Below, one piece after another: positions 19,014 to 29,039 of a stretch of 64,000 nucleotides of DNA. This DNA comes from an uncultured delta proteobacterium (GTDB taxonomy: Bacteria > Desulfobacterota > Desulfuromonadia > Geobacterales > DSM-12255), in the NCBI GenBank assembly GCA_963787125.1, contig CAWBBV010000018.1, positions 1 to 64,000 on the forward strand, in the 5' to 3' direction. A program made the position numbers and the translations under genes. The notes below the pieces were generated by a model that worked only from the letters and a program-made list of their open reading frames with translations, did no database searches and had not been told where the DNA came from. Each line of letters begins with the position of its first letter. Position 1 is the first letter of the stretch.

Positions 19014-19874
19014 ATGCCGTTGATAAATCGACTTGCCATTGTTGGTGTTGGTCTTATTGGCGGCTCTCTTGCCAGGATTCTCCGGGAGAAGGGGGAGGTT
19101 GGTGAGATTGTTGGCATTGGTCGTGGGGCTGCCAATCTGCAGAGAGCTGTTGAGCTTGGGGTTATCGACCGCTTTGAGCACGACCTGAAAAAAGGGGTTA
19201 CAGACGCAGACGTGGTGTTTATGGCGACCCCGGTCTGCACAATTGCCTCGCTTGTTGCCGAGATGACACCGGCACTGCATGTCGGGGCAATCGTGACTGA
19301 CGGCGGTAGTGTCAAGGAGGAGATTGTCCGGCAATGCGAAGCGCTTCTTCCGCAGGGGATCTGTTTTGTTGGTGGTCATCCGATTGCCGGAACCGAGAAG
19401 TCGGGTGTGGATGCCTCTTTTTCAACACTCTATAAGGGGAAGCGGTGCATTCTTACCCCGACTCCTGCAACCGACAGTCGCGCTCTGGAAAAAGTTGTCA
19501 GAATGTGGGAACTGGCCGGAAGTGAAGTCGTGTTGATGGATCCCCGCAAGCATGACAAGGTAGTCGCAGCAATTTCGCATCTGCCGCACATGGTTGCCTA
19601 TAGTCTGGTCAATGCAGTTGGCGATTATGACGGATATGAAGAGAACATTCTCAAATATTCAGCCGGTGGTTTTAAGGACTTTACCAGAATTGCTTCTTCT
19701 GATCCGGTTATGTGGCGCGACATAGCCCTGCAGAACAGAACTGCCGTGCTGGAGATGATGGATTTTTTTGCAGCAACTCATGGCGAACTGCGTACAATGG
19801 TGGCGAATTCGGATGCAGAGGGGCTTGAGAGGTTTTTTGAACGGTCACGCGATCATCGGGAAAGTATTCTTTAG
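19014..19874 (+). CDS. tyrA: prephenate dehydrogenase
   Basis: GVGLIGGS, HPIAGTE, SHLPH, FKDFTRIA. Confidence 0.95.
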   Translation: MPLINRLAIVGVGLIGGSLARILREKGEVGEIVGIGRGAANLQRAVELGVIDRFEHDLKKGVTDADVVFMATPVCTIASLVAEMTPALHVGAIVTDGGSVKEEIVRQCEALLPQGICFVGGHPIAGTEKSGVDASFSTLYKGKRCILTPTPATDSRALEKVVRMWELAGSEVVLMDPRKHDKVVAAISHLPHMVAYSLVNAVGDYDGYEENILKYSAGGFKDFTRIASSDPVMWRDIALQNRTAVLEMMDFFAATHGELRTMVANSDAEGLERFFERSRDHRESIL

Positions 19875-19969
19875 TAAGTAAGAAGTTATTTTCTGTGCTT
19901 TTCTGGCAGAAAATAACTTCGTCAACGCACTTATCCAGTTTATATGGGTTAGTTTAGAAGGAGTTAATT

Positions 19970-21259
19970 TTGCAAAATTATACCGTAAAGCCAGCTGCTG
20001 CTGTCAGCGGGGAAATTTCAGTTACCGGCGATAAGTCTGTTTCACATCGCTCCATCATGCTCGGCTCAATTGCCAACGGGGTTACGACAGTTACCGGATT
20101 TCTTCGCGGTGAAGACAATATGGCGACTCTCAATGCGTTTCGGTTAATGGGGATAAAAATAGAGGATGACGGCGTCACCCTGAAGATCCATGGCCAGGGT
20201 TTACGGGGCCTTTCCGAGCCGGATGATGTTATCGATTGCGGCAATTCCGGTACTTCGATCAGGCTTTTGACCGGGCTGCTTGCCGGGCAGTCTTTCTTTT
20301 CGGTACTGACTGGCGACAAGTATCTGCGCAAAAGACCGATGAAACGCGTGGTAACCCCTTTAGGCAGGATGGGGGCACGGATAGCCGGTCGTTGCGGTGG
20401 CGAAAAGGCCCCCCTGGCGATCACCGGCGGCGCTCTTGCCGGGATATCTTACGATTCACCGGTTGCCAGTGCCCAGGTGAAATCTGCCATCCTGCTGGCA
20501 GGACTGTATGCCGACGGTGAAACCATCGTGCGGGAGCCGCATCTTTCCCGCGACCATTCAGAACGGATGCTGCGGCATTTTGGTGCTGATATCGAGTCGA
20601 ACGGAACTGAAGTTAAAATCCGAGGCGGGCGGGAATTGCAGGCTCAGGAGATCATTGTTCCTGGCGACATTTCTTCAGCGGCGTTTTTCATGGTTGCCGG
20701 GCTGATAGTCCCAAACTCCAGGCTTTTGATCTGCGGGGTTGGCGTCAATCCGACCAGAACCGGAATAATAGACATTTTGACGATGATGGGAGGGCGAATC
20801 ACGCTGCAGAATCAGCGCGAGGTTTCCGGCGAGCCGGTTGCCGATATTCTGGTGCAGTCTTCCGCCCTTCATGGTATCGAGATCGCCGGTGACCTTGTAC
20901 CTCGGGCAATAGACGAATTTCCGGTTATCGCTGTTGCCGCGGCAATGGCTTCGGGTAAGACTGTTGTCAAGGATGCCAGTGAATTGCGGGTCAAGGAGAC
21001 CGATCGCATTAAAGCAATGGCAGATAATCTTCGCCTGGCAGGAGTTTTTGTGGAGGAGTCGGAAGACGGCATGACCGTGCATGGCACGGATAAATTCAGC
21101 GCTTTTCATGCCGACAGCTATGGTGACCACCGCATCGCAATGGCGATGCTGATTGCCGGTCTGGTTGCAGCCGCTCCCTGCAGAGTTGACGATACTGAGT
21201 GTATCGCGACATCTTTTCCGAATTTCTTTACGCTGCTTGAGCAGGTTTCGCAGCAATGA
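19970..21259 (+). CDS. aroA: 3-phosphoshikimate 1-carboxyvinyltransferase
   Basis: GDKSVSHR, SAQVKS, RVKETDR, DHRIAM; TTG start with AGGAG RBS. Confidence 0.97.
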   Translation: MQNYTVKPAAAVSGEISVTGDKSVSHRSIMLGSIANGVTTVTGFLRGEDNMATLNAFRLMGIKIEDDGVTLKIHGQGLRGLSEPDDVIDCGNSGTSIRLLTGLLAGQSFFSVLTGDKYLRKRPMKRVVTPLGRMGARIAGRCGGEKAPLAITGGALAGISYDSPVASAQVKSAILLAGLYADGETIVREPHLSRDHSERMLRHFGADIESNGTEVKIRGGRELQAQEIIVPGDISSAAFFMVAGLIVPNSRLLICGVGVNPTRTGIIDILTMMGGRITLQNQREVSGEPVADILVQSSALHGIEIAGDLVPRAIDEFPVIAVAAAMASGKTVVKDASELRVKETDRIKAMADNLRLAGVFVEESEDGMTVHGTDKFSAFHADSYGDHRIAMAMLIAGLVAAAPCRVDDTECIATSFPNFFTLLEQVSQQ

Positions 21260-21963
21260 CGCCTGGTGCATTGACCGCAGAAAAAAAGCTCATCGTTGCT
21301 ATAGACGGTCCCTCTGGTGCTGGCAAGAGTAGTGTTACCAGATCGCTGGCAGAGCGGCTTGGCTACATTCATATCGATACCGGGGCAATGTTCAGAGCTG
21401 TTGCGCTCATGGCCAGCCGCAGTTGTCTGGATATTGCTGATCATGCTGCACTTGCCGTTCTTGCTGCCAGTCTGAATATCGAGTTCGACTCTTTAAGTGG
21501 AGTTTGCCATGTTCTCGTTAATGGCGAGGACGTTACTGCCGAGATAAGAAGCCCGGAAATCAGCCTGCTTACTTCAAGGGTTGCTGCTGTTCCGGCCGTC
21601 CGGGATCATCTGCTTTTGCAGCAGCGCAAGCTGGGAGAGCGTGGTGGCGTGGTTCTTGAGGGACGTGATATCGGCACGGTTGTCTTCCCAGATGCCGATA
21701 TCAAGTTTTACCTGACCGCTTCGGCAGCAGAGCGGGGGCGAAGGCGTTTTGCGGAACTCGCCGCAAAAGGGGCTGCGGTGACGCTTGAGCAGACAATAAC
21801 CGAAGTCGTGCAGCGGGACGAGCAGGATAAGAGCCGTGCAGCCGCTCCGCTACGCCGGGCAGACGATGCTATCGAAATCGACTCAACGTTGCTTTCACCT
21901 CAAGAGGTGATTGCAACTATGGAAGAACTCGTTCGCGATAAAGAACAGGCAGTCAGGCCATGA
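21256..21963 (+). CDS. cmk: cytidylate kinase
   Basis: IDGPSGAGKS, EGRDIGTVVFP. Confidence 0.97.
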   Translation: MTPGALTAEKKLIVAIDGPSGAGKSSVTRSLAERLGYIHIDTGAMFRAVALMASRSCLDIADHAALAVLAASLNIEFDSLSGVCHVLVNGEDVTAEIRSPEISLLTSRVAAVPAVRDHLLLQQRKLGERGGVVLEGRDIGTVVFPDADIKFYLTASAAERGRRRFAELAAKGAAVTLEQTITEVVQRDEQDKSRAAAPLRRADDAIEIDSTLLSPQEVIATMEELVRDKEQAVRP

Positions 21964-22820
21964 ATATAATTGTTGCCCAGAATGCCGGCTTCTGCTTCGG
22001 AGTAAAACGTGCCACTTTGATGGCTTTTGAACAGGCTGATGAAAAAGGCGAGTGCAAGACTTGTACGCTTGGTCCGATTATCCACTCTCCTCAGGTTGTT
22101 GAGCGGCTGGAAGAGAAAGGTGTCAAAGTTATAAAAAGTCTTGCGGAGATAGATGCAGGCAGGGTTATCCTGCGCTCGCACGGTGTTACTGCTGCAGAAA
22201 TCACGGAAGCATATGCGAAGGGACTTGAAGTTATTGATGCAACCTGTCCTTTCGTAAAAAAGGCTCAAAGCCAGATGAAGATGCTCTCCGACGACGGTTA
22301 TGACATGGTAATTGTTGGCGAAAGTGAGCATCCCGAAGTCGGAGGAATAGTCTCTTATGCCAGCGGGCGGGTTTTTGTCGTGGCATCTGCCGCTGAGGCA
22401 CTTGACCTTCCTAAGATGAAAAAGATCGGCGTGATTGCCCAGACGACCCAGTCATATCATACCCTTGAAGCTGTAGTCGGAATATGTCTGTCAAAGGCAC
22501 AGGAACTCAGAGTTTTCAACACCATCTGTGATGCGACGGCAGTCAGGCAGGACGAAGCAAAAACCATTGCCGCCAATGTCGGCTGCATGATCGTAATCGG
22601 CGGTTACAACAGTGCCAATACAAGGCGGCTTGCCGAGATATGCATGGAATTCCAGGCTAACACTCACCATATAGAGACGGCAGACCAACTTTCAGGCGAT
22701 TGGTTTGCCGGTATCGAAACTGTCGGGATAACTGCGGGAGCTTCGACGCCGAAATGGTTGATTGACGAGGTTTTTGAAAGAATTAATGCGCTTTGCAGGG
22801 ACAAAAAGATTGAACTTTAA
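21960..22820 (+). CDS. ispH: 4-hydroxy-3-methylbut-2-enyl diphosphate reductase
   Basis: GFCFGV, DATCP, TICDAT, TAGASTP. Confidence 0.97.
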   Translation: MNIIVAQNAGFCFGVKRATLMAFEQADEKGECKTCTLGPIIHSPQVVERLEEKGVKVIKSLAEIDAGRVILRSHGVTAAEITEAYAKGLEVIDATCPFVKKAQSQMKMLSDDGYDMVIVGESEHPEVGGIVSYASGRVFVVASAAEALDLPKMKKIGVIAQTTQSYHTLEAVVGICLSKAQELRVFNTICDATAVRQDEAKTIAANVGCMIVIGGYNSANTRRLAEICMEFQANTHHIETADQLSGDWFAGIETVGITAGASTPKWLIDEVFERINALCRDKKIEL

Positions 22821-22878
22821 ATAAATTGTTGTTACTTTAACGAAATTATGAAGAGAAACAGCCAGGGGGTAGGGATTG

Positions 22879-24633
22879 ATGACAGTAGATGGAAGACAAC
22901 AGAAAAAAAATGACGCGCCGATCAAGCGTTTCAAGGATAATGACGACGATCAGGAAATGTCCGGCAGCGTTGAATTTGCAGAGTTGTTTCAGGACAGTCT
23001 TAATCAGCCTAAAGCAGGTGAAGTTGTTCAGGGTACAGTCGTGCAGATTACTCAGGACTTTGTAATGGTTGATGTCGGCTATAAATCTGAAGGTTGTGTG
23101 CACGTAGCTGAGTTCATGGATGAAGATGGTGTTGTAACTGTTCAACCTGGCGATAAAGTTTATGTTCTTTTCCAAAGAGGCGAAACCGCCAAAGGGCACC
23201 TGATCCTTTCCAAGCGTAAGGCCGAGCAGTTGGTCGGCTGGGACATGGTAGCTGAAGCAGGCGGCGAGGGCGGCACAATAGAAGGTAAGATAATCGGTAA
23301 AGTTAAAGGTGGACTGACAGTTGATATAGGTCTCCCGGCCTTTCTCCCGGCATCCCAGGTAGATCTCAGGCCTGGCGGGAATCTTGATCGCTATATCGGC
23401 CAGACAGCAACTTTTAAAATCCTTAAACTCAACCGCAAACGCGGCAATGTAGTTCTCTCACGACGGGTTATTCTTGAAGAAGAGCGTGGTCAGGTTCGTG
23501 ATCAGACTCTTACTACTCTTGAAGAAGGGCAGATCCGCGACGGCATTGTTAAAAATCTGACTGACTACGGTGCATTTGTTGATGTCGGCGGTGTTGACGG
23601 CCTTCTTCATGTGACGGATATGTCATGGGGCAAGCTGAACCACCCTTCAGAAGTAATAAAAGTAGGCGATGTCATCAAGGTGAAAGTTCTCAAATACGAT
23701 AGTAGTAAAGGGAAAATCTCTCTTGGGATGAAACAGACTATTCCTGATCCATGGTTGACTGCCGAGTCAAAATTTACTGTCGGCGAGCGGGTTACTGGCA
23801 GAGTAGTCAGTCTGATGGAGTACGGCGCATTTGTAGCACTTTCAGACGGAATTGAAGGGCTGATTCACGTTTCCGAGATGTCCTGGACCAAACGGGTAAG
23901 GCACCCCTCCGAAATCCTCAAGGTCGGTGATAGTGTAGAAACACTGATTCTCGGCATTGACATAGCTAATCGCCGTATTTCGCTTGGCCTTAAACAGACT
24001 GAGCCTAATCCTTGGCTTTGCCTGGAAGAGCGCTATCCGGCAGGTACGAAACTTGAGGGTCAGATCAAGAATATCACTGACTTTGGCGCTTTCATAGGAG
24101 TTGAAGACGGCATTGATGGTCTTGTGCATGTTTCTGATATCTCCTGGACAAAGCGAATCAAGCACCCTGGCGAAATATTTTCAAAAGGTCAGACCATTCA
24201 AGCGGTAGTCCTTAATATCGACCCTGCCAATGAGAGACTTTCTCTTGGGGTGAAGCAGCTTCATCCTGACCCATGGACGATAGTTCCTGAAAAATACAAA
24301 GCGGGTACGCGTGTCACCGGCAAGGTGACATCAGTAACTGATTTTGGCGTTTTCATGGAGATTGAAGATGGTATTGAAGGACTGGTGCATGTCTCGGAGC
24401 TTTCCCGCGAGAAAGTACCGTCGGCCAAAGAGTTTACAACTGTCGGGACTGAGTTTGAAGCGGTAGTTCTCAGTGTTGATACCCAGGATCGTAAGATAGC
24501 CCTGTCGCTCAAAGCTCTTCAGGCAGCTATCGAAAAAGAAGAGATTCAGGGTTATATGGGCGGGCAGAATGAATCTTTCTCAAGCCTTGGTGAGATTTTC
24601 AAGGGTGAGTTGAATAAAAACAATAATAATTAA
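22879..24633 (+). CDS. rpsA: 30S ribosomal protein S1
   Basis: Repeated S1 domains (DYGAFVD...GLLHVTDMSW and similar). Confidence 0.97.
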   Translation: MTVDGRQQKKNDAPIKRFKDNDDDQEMSGSVEFAELFQDSLNQPKAGEVVQGTVVQITQDFVMVDVGYKSEGCVHVAEFMDEDGVVTVQPGDKVYVLFQRGETAKGHLILSKRKAEQLVGWDMVAEAGGEGGTIEGKIIGKVKGGLTVDIGLPAFLPASQVDLRPGGNLDRYIGQTATFKILKLNRKRGNVVLSRRVILEEERGQVRDQTLTTLEEGQIRDGIVKNLTDYGAFVDVGGVDGLLHVTDMSWGKLNHPSEVIKVGDVIKVKVLKYDSSKGKISLGMKQTIPDPWLTAESKFTVGERVTGRVVSLMEYGAFVALSDGIEGLIHVSEMSWTKRVRHPSEILKVGDSVETLILGIDIANRRISLGLKQTEPNPWLCLEERYPAGTKLEGQIKNITDFGAFIGVEDGIDGLVHVSDISWTKRIKHPGEIFSKGQTIQAVVLNIDPANERLSLGVKQLHPDPWTIVPEKYKAGTRVTGKVTSVTDFGVFMEIEDGIEGLVHVSELSREKVPSAKEFTTVGTEFEAVVLSVDTQDRKIALSLKALQAAIEKEEIQGYMGGQNESFSSLGEIFKGELNKNNNN

Positions 24634-24681
24634 TTTGAACTGCAGCTTGCAGAGTTCTGACCATATTTTGCTGAGGTATTT

Positions 24682-24963
24682 ATGACGAAAAGTGAACTTG
24701 TCGAAAAAATAATGGAAACAAACGGTTTTCTTAACCGGAAAGAGTCAGAGCTGGTAGTGAATATTATCTTTGATTCAATGGCTAACGCATTGAAAGATGG
24801 TGATAAAGTCGAAATAAGAGGGTTTGGCAGCTTTACGGTGCGTGAGCGCGAATCTCGTGAAGCGAGAAATCCCAAGAACGGTGAAATCGTCAGGATCGCT
24901 GCCAAGCGGACACCTTTCTTCAAGACCGGTAAAGAGTTGAAGGAGCGGGTCAACTGTCTCTAG
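24682..24963 (+). CDS. ihfB: integration host factor beta subunit
   Basis: MTKSEL...EIRGFGSF...RNPKNGE...FKTGKELKERV; follows rpsA. Confidence 0.9.
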   Translation: MTKSELVEKIMETNGFLNRKESELVVNIIFDSMANALKDGDKVEIRGFGSFTVRERESREARNPKNGEIVRIAAKRTPFFKTGKELKERVNCL

Positions 24964-24985
24964 ATGCAAAGTGTAATCCAAGTAA

Positions 24986-25072
24986 GCCCGGGTGGCGGAA
25001 TTGGTAGACGCAAGGGACTTAAAATCCCTCGGACGTAAGTCTGTACCGGTTCGACCCCGGTCCCGGGCACCA
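24986..25072 (+). tRNA. tRNA-Leu (anticodon TAA)
   Basis: GCCCGGG acceptor stem, GGGA-CTTAAAA-TCCC anticodon arm, long variable arm, GGTTCGA T-loop, encoded CCA. Confidence 0.97.
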
Positions 25073-25109
25073 CTAAATAACCACTAATTATCGCAATAGG
25101 AATAAGATT

Positions 25110-25139
25110 AAAGGCTATGCTAACCGCATAGCCTTTTTT
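25110..25139 (+). terminator. intrinsic terminator after tRNA-Leu
   Basis: AAAGGCTATGC-TAACC-GCATAGCCTTTTTT. Confidence 0.8.
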
Positions 25140-25390
25140 GTTATGTTGTGTCTGAGTAGTCGTGAGAATTGACTGGGCCAATTTACCATGATCGCCAATA
25201 TAAAAAGCACAATTCTGCCTTATCAACTAGACAATATTAAAGCAGTTTGTTATGTTCACGCTCACCTTATCCAGTATAACAGGATTATTATGCTATCTGG
25301 TTTTCCAAGAAATTTTGTTTCCCTTCAAATGCACTTCTCAGTGTATGTATTACTATCCTACAGCAGATATTCCACTTTGGAGATTTTAAT

Positions 25391-25669
25391 ATGACCAAAT
25401 CAGATTTGATACTTGTCGTAGCAGAAAAAGCCGGCATCACAGAGAAGAAAGCAGAAGCCGTTGTTAATGCAATATTTGAAGGTATGACCGAGACTCTTAT
25501 TTCTGGCGGCAGAATAGAGATCAGGGGATTTGGTTCATTCGTAGTGAAGGAGTATGCAGGGTACGAAGGTAGAAATCCTAAATCCGGTGAACTTGTTGTG
25601 GTCAAGCCAAAGAAACTACCTTTCTTCAAGGTAGGGAAGGAACTCAAGGAGATGGTTGATAATTTGTGA
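25391..25669 (+). CDS. second IHF-beta/HU-family DNA-binding protein
   Basis: MTKSDL...EIRGFGSF...GRNPKSGE...FKVGKELKE; GGAG RBS. Confidence 0.9.
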   Translation: MTKSDLILVVAEKAGITEKKAEAVVNAIFEGMTETLISGGRIEIRGFGSFVVKEYAGYEGRNPKSGELVVVKPKKLPFFKVGKELKEMVDNL

Positions 25670-25782
25670 AAAGAAGCCTCTTCTTTGAACTGTCAGAGTG
25701 CATGCGGAAAAAAGGTGACAGTCGCAGCAAAATATCTTCTTGATTGAAGTCGTTTAAACTCAAATCCTCTTGAAGGTGAATT

Positions 25783-26364
25783 TTGACATACAGAGCCTTG
25801 ATCCTAGCCGGTTGGGTAGCAATGATTAGTGCCTTTGCATCCATTCCAGTGGCATATATCTCTTTGAAATTGGAAGGCAGAATTGATTCAACCGCGACCT
25901 TCATCCAGACAGCAATTCAGATTATCGCAATACTGATATTTCTAGCCATTACCTTAAACCTCAAGAAACTCCTGAATGTTAACTTCAAGTTCCATGACGC
26001 AGACAAAAGCATCGACTGGATGATAAAGGCCAATGTCGTGGCAGGGATACTGACTGTAATAGCACTGCAATCATCCCAACTAAAAGACACACTCAGTATG
26101 GCAGCCCTCTTGATCATGGTGGCACAGGGAATAGTACAGATTCGATTTGGTTATAAGCTTTTTAAGTTAGAGAACAATCTTGGTGGGATGCTAATGCCCT
26201 TTTGCTATGCAAATATGGCAACAGGCATATGCGTAGCTTCGGTTATTCTGATCCTTGTGGGAATTTTGATAAGCGCAATATCTGATCTTATGCTTGGAAC
26301 AATATTTTTCAATATAGCCAAACTTTTAAAAGATCGACAACATGCTGATGCTCGCGGTGAATAG
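25783..26364 (+). CDS. hypothetical integral membrane protein
   Basis: About 5-6 hydrophobic segments; AT-rich. Confidence 0.65.
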   Translation: MTYRALILAGWVAMISAFASIPVAYISLKLEGRIDSTATFIQTAIQIIAILIFLAITLNLKKLLNVNFKFHDADKSIDWMIKANVVAGILTVIALQSSQLKDTLSMAALLIMVAQGIVQIRFGYKLFKLENNLGGMLMPFCYANMATGICVASVILILVGILISAISDLMLGTIFFNIAKLLKDRQHADARGE

Positions 26365-26499
26365 TTAAATTCTGGCTCTTTAGACTTTAACAAGGCAGTA
26401 GAAAAGACCAATACAGTCATTTTGTTGGTGATTGTGGCTAGAGATATTCGGAACTTTGTAGCGCAGACAGTGACATTATGAATGATTTCAAGGTAAGCA

Positions 26500-26808
26500 A
26501 TGAGCAATCAGATTATTAGAACAGATAATGTATTAGTGCGGGTAATGGAACTTAAAGAGAGTTCTTCTACTGATTGGCACTATCATTCTGAGGTGATTGA
26601 TTATTTTGTTTGTTTGAATGGGGTCATCAGAGTTGAAACCAAGAGCCCCGACGACCTGTTTATCTTGCATCCAGGACAAAGAGCAGAAATCAAACCACCC
26701 CAAGTACATCGAGTGATAAATTCCCATAACGGTGAATCAAAGTATCTTTTGATCCAAGGTGTAGGCTTATATGATTTTATCAAAGTAAACCTGCCTGTAT
26801 CAGAGTAA
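26500..26808 (+). CDS. cupin-domain protein
   Basis: WHYHS...LHPGQ...PPQVHRV cupin motifs. Confidence 0.8.
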   Translation: MSNQIIRTDNVLVRVMELKESSSTDWHYHSEVIDYFVCLNGVIRVETKSPDDLFILHPGQRAEIKPPQVHRVINSHNGESKYLLIQGVGLYDFIKVNLPVSE

Positions 26809-26855
26809 AAGCAGCTTCAAACTCTTGGCTGGATAAAACCTTATATGGAGAAAAC

Positions 26856-27476
26856 ATGATTCGTTCTGTTCGGTTAGCCGCTTGGATTGTCCTTGGTTTT
26901 GCTTTTTCTGCACTGGCAAGCGAACAACATAATATTGACGGCTTCGGTATAGCCAAATGGGGGATGTTGAAAAAAGATATCCTTGCAGTAGAGGGAGCGC
27001 CATCAGATGTTGACAAGGATACTGGCTATATTACCTACAGTGACAAAATGGTCATGGGTAAAAAAGCGATAATCAGGTATCAGTTTGAGGCAGGGTGCAA
27101 TGATTTTGATATATCCCAATGCCGTTTTTCGGATGGACAATATTTATTTGGTGAGGATTCAAATGAGTTTTATGCTCAGATGCAGGAAGCTCTTACAACC
27201 AAATATGGCTTGCCAACTAATACTACAACCACGACAAAAACATATCCTACTATGGCAACAAGCGGTAAATGCGAGATAGAGACGCAGGTATCTGAAAGAA
27301 TCATGGGGAAAGCTTCTATTAAGTTCATAACGGAATGTAGTTTATACGATTTCACCTCAAAGCTCACCACCAAGGAAATTAAAGCTAATACTTGCAGAGC
27401 TTCAGTTTCCTACTATGGACCTTACCATTACAAACCTTTATCAAAAAAGAATGTTTCGCAAGATAGGGGGCTTTGA
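26856..27476 (+). CDS. hypothetical exported protein
   Basis: Signal peptide (AFSALA); GGAG RBS. Confidence 0.7.
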   Translation: MIRSVRLAAWIVLGFAFSALASEQHNIDGFGIAKWGMLKKDILAVEGAPSDVDKDTGYITYSDKMVMGKKAIIRYQFEAGCNDFDISQCRFSDGQYLFGEDSNEFYAQMQEALTTKYGLPTNTTTTTKTYPTMATSGKCEIETQVSERIMGKASIKFITECSLYDFTSKLTTKEIKANTCRASVSYYGPYHYKPLSKKNVSQDRGL

Positions 27477-27707
27477 CATCAGGCGTGACTCACGCTGGAG
27501 AATTCCCAAGAAATTTTTTTGTTATCTCTAATTGCTGATAGGTAGACGATATATTATCGGGTTGAATGGAGGTGTGATTAGTGTTATGTAATTAAATCCA
27601 GAGAGTTGATATTACCTTAACATAAACTGTTCAATCTTTAACGATGAACGTAAAAATTCACTGTCGAAACGTAACGTTTCAATTCACAACGAAAAGGAGT
27701 CATCCCA

Positions 27708-29006
27708 ATGAAACTGAATCATCTGGTGCTAGCATCACTCTTGACCATGTCAGCAACCTCAGCCCATTGCGCCGGCATCTGGCTCAGTGAAAACGGCTCA
27801 ACCGGCATGGGGACCGCCACTGCCGGCCGGGTTGCCCTGGCAAACGACGCGTCTACTGCCTTCAACAACCCGGCCGGCATGACCCGGCTCGACCGCTCAC
27901 AGCTGCAAGCCGGCCTTGTCGGCCTTGACATCCACTCGGAGTTCACCGGAAAGACCTCGTATCCCGGCCTGGACGGCTCTGTTGAAACCGGCGGAAACGG
28001 CCATAATATAGGTGCCATTACTCCGGTGACGAACTTGAGTTATGTCCACGTTGTGACACCCGACCTGCGGCTTGGAGTTACTGTCGGCTCCTATTTCGGC
28101 CTGGCGCTGGACTACGGCGATTCCTGGCAGGGGCGTTACTACGTCCAGCGGGCTGAACTGCTCACCATGGGGATCACCCCGTCAGTCGGCTACAAAGTGA
28201 ACAATTGGCTGTCGGTCGGTGGCGGCGCAACCATTCTCTACGGGAAATTAAAGCAGGATCTGGCCGTCAACACCAGCCCGCTTGGCGGGCGTAACCCTGA
28301 CGACGGCACTCTGGAGATTGACTCGAACGATATAGGCTACGGCTACAACCTGGGCATTTTCCTTCAGCCGTCGGAGAGCACCCGTGTAGGACTGACCTAC
28401 ATCTCCAAGGTAAAGCTCAAATTTGATGATGTTGCTACGGCTAGAAATGTACCGTCCGGCGCCCCCATCTGGAGTGCACTTGCGCCGCGACTCAACAACA
28501 GCAGCCTGAATCTTGAATGGACCATCCCCCAGGCAGTCAACGCCAGCGTCTATCAGCAGCTGACGAACAGCCTGGCAGTCATGGCCAATGTCGGCTGGCA
28601 GGACTGGAGCGAATTCGGCAACCTCTCTGCCGATTTGTCCAGCCCTTCCGCCGCCGGCAGCAAAAGCATAGACGCCGGTTTTGACGATACCTGGCACGGA
28701 GCCATCGGCCTGCATTACCAGATTGCCGCGCCCTGGCTCTGGCAAGTCGGTTTTGCCTACGACAGTTCCCCGGTCAAGGAAGAACACCGTTCGGTGATCA
28801 TGCCGCTCGACCGGCAGCTCCGCTATGCCACCGGCATTGAATATGCCATGAACAAGGATATCACCCTCGGCTGTGACTATACCTTTATTGATGCCGGTAA
28901 AAGCAAGATCAATCAGGAGCGCGGACCATTGGCCGGACATATTGTCGGCCAGTTCGACACCAACTACATCAATGCACTCGGTCTGCGAATGAACTGGAAA
29001 TTCTAG
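27708..29006 (+). CDS. FadL/OmpP1/TodX-family outer-membrane transporter
   Basis: Signal peptide, DASTAFNNPAGM motif, C-terminal Phe. Confidence 0.9.
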   Translation: MKLNHLVLASLLTMSATSAHCAGIWLSENGSTGMGTATAGRVALANDASTAFNNPAGMTRLDRSQLQAGLVGLDIHSEFTGKTSYPGLDGSVETGGNGHNIGAITPVTNLSYVHVVTPDLRLGVTVGSYFGLALDYGDSWQGRYYVQRAELLTMGITPSVGYKVNNWLSVGGGATILYGKLKQDLAVNTSPLGGRNPDDGTLEIDSNDIGYGYNLGIFLQPSESTRVGLTYISKVKLKFDDVATARNVPSGAPIWSALAPRLNNSSLNLEWTIPQAVNASVYQQLTNSLAVMANVGWQDWSEFGNLSADLSSPSAAGSKSIDAGFDDTWHGAIGLHYQIAAPWLWQVGFAYDSSPVKEEHRSVIMPLDRQLRYATGIEYAMNKDITLGCDYTFIDAGKSKINQERGPLAGHIVGQFDTNYINALGLRMNWKF

Positions 29007-29039
29007 TTGTTCAATTACCCGGGAGGAAAAGTGAATACC

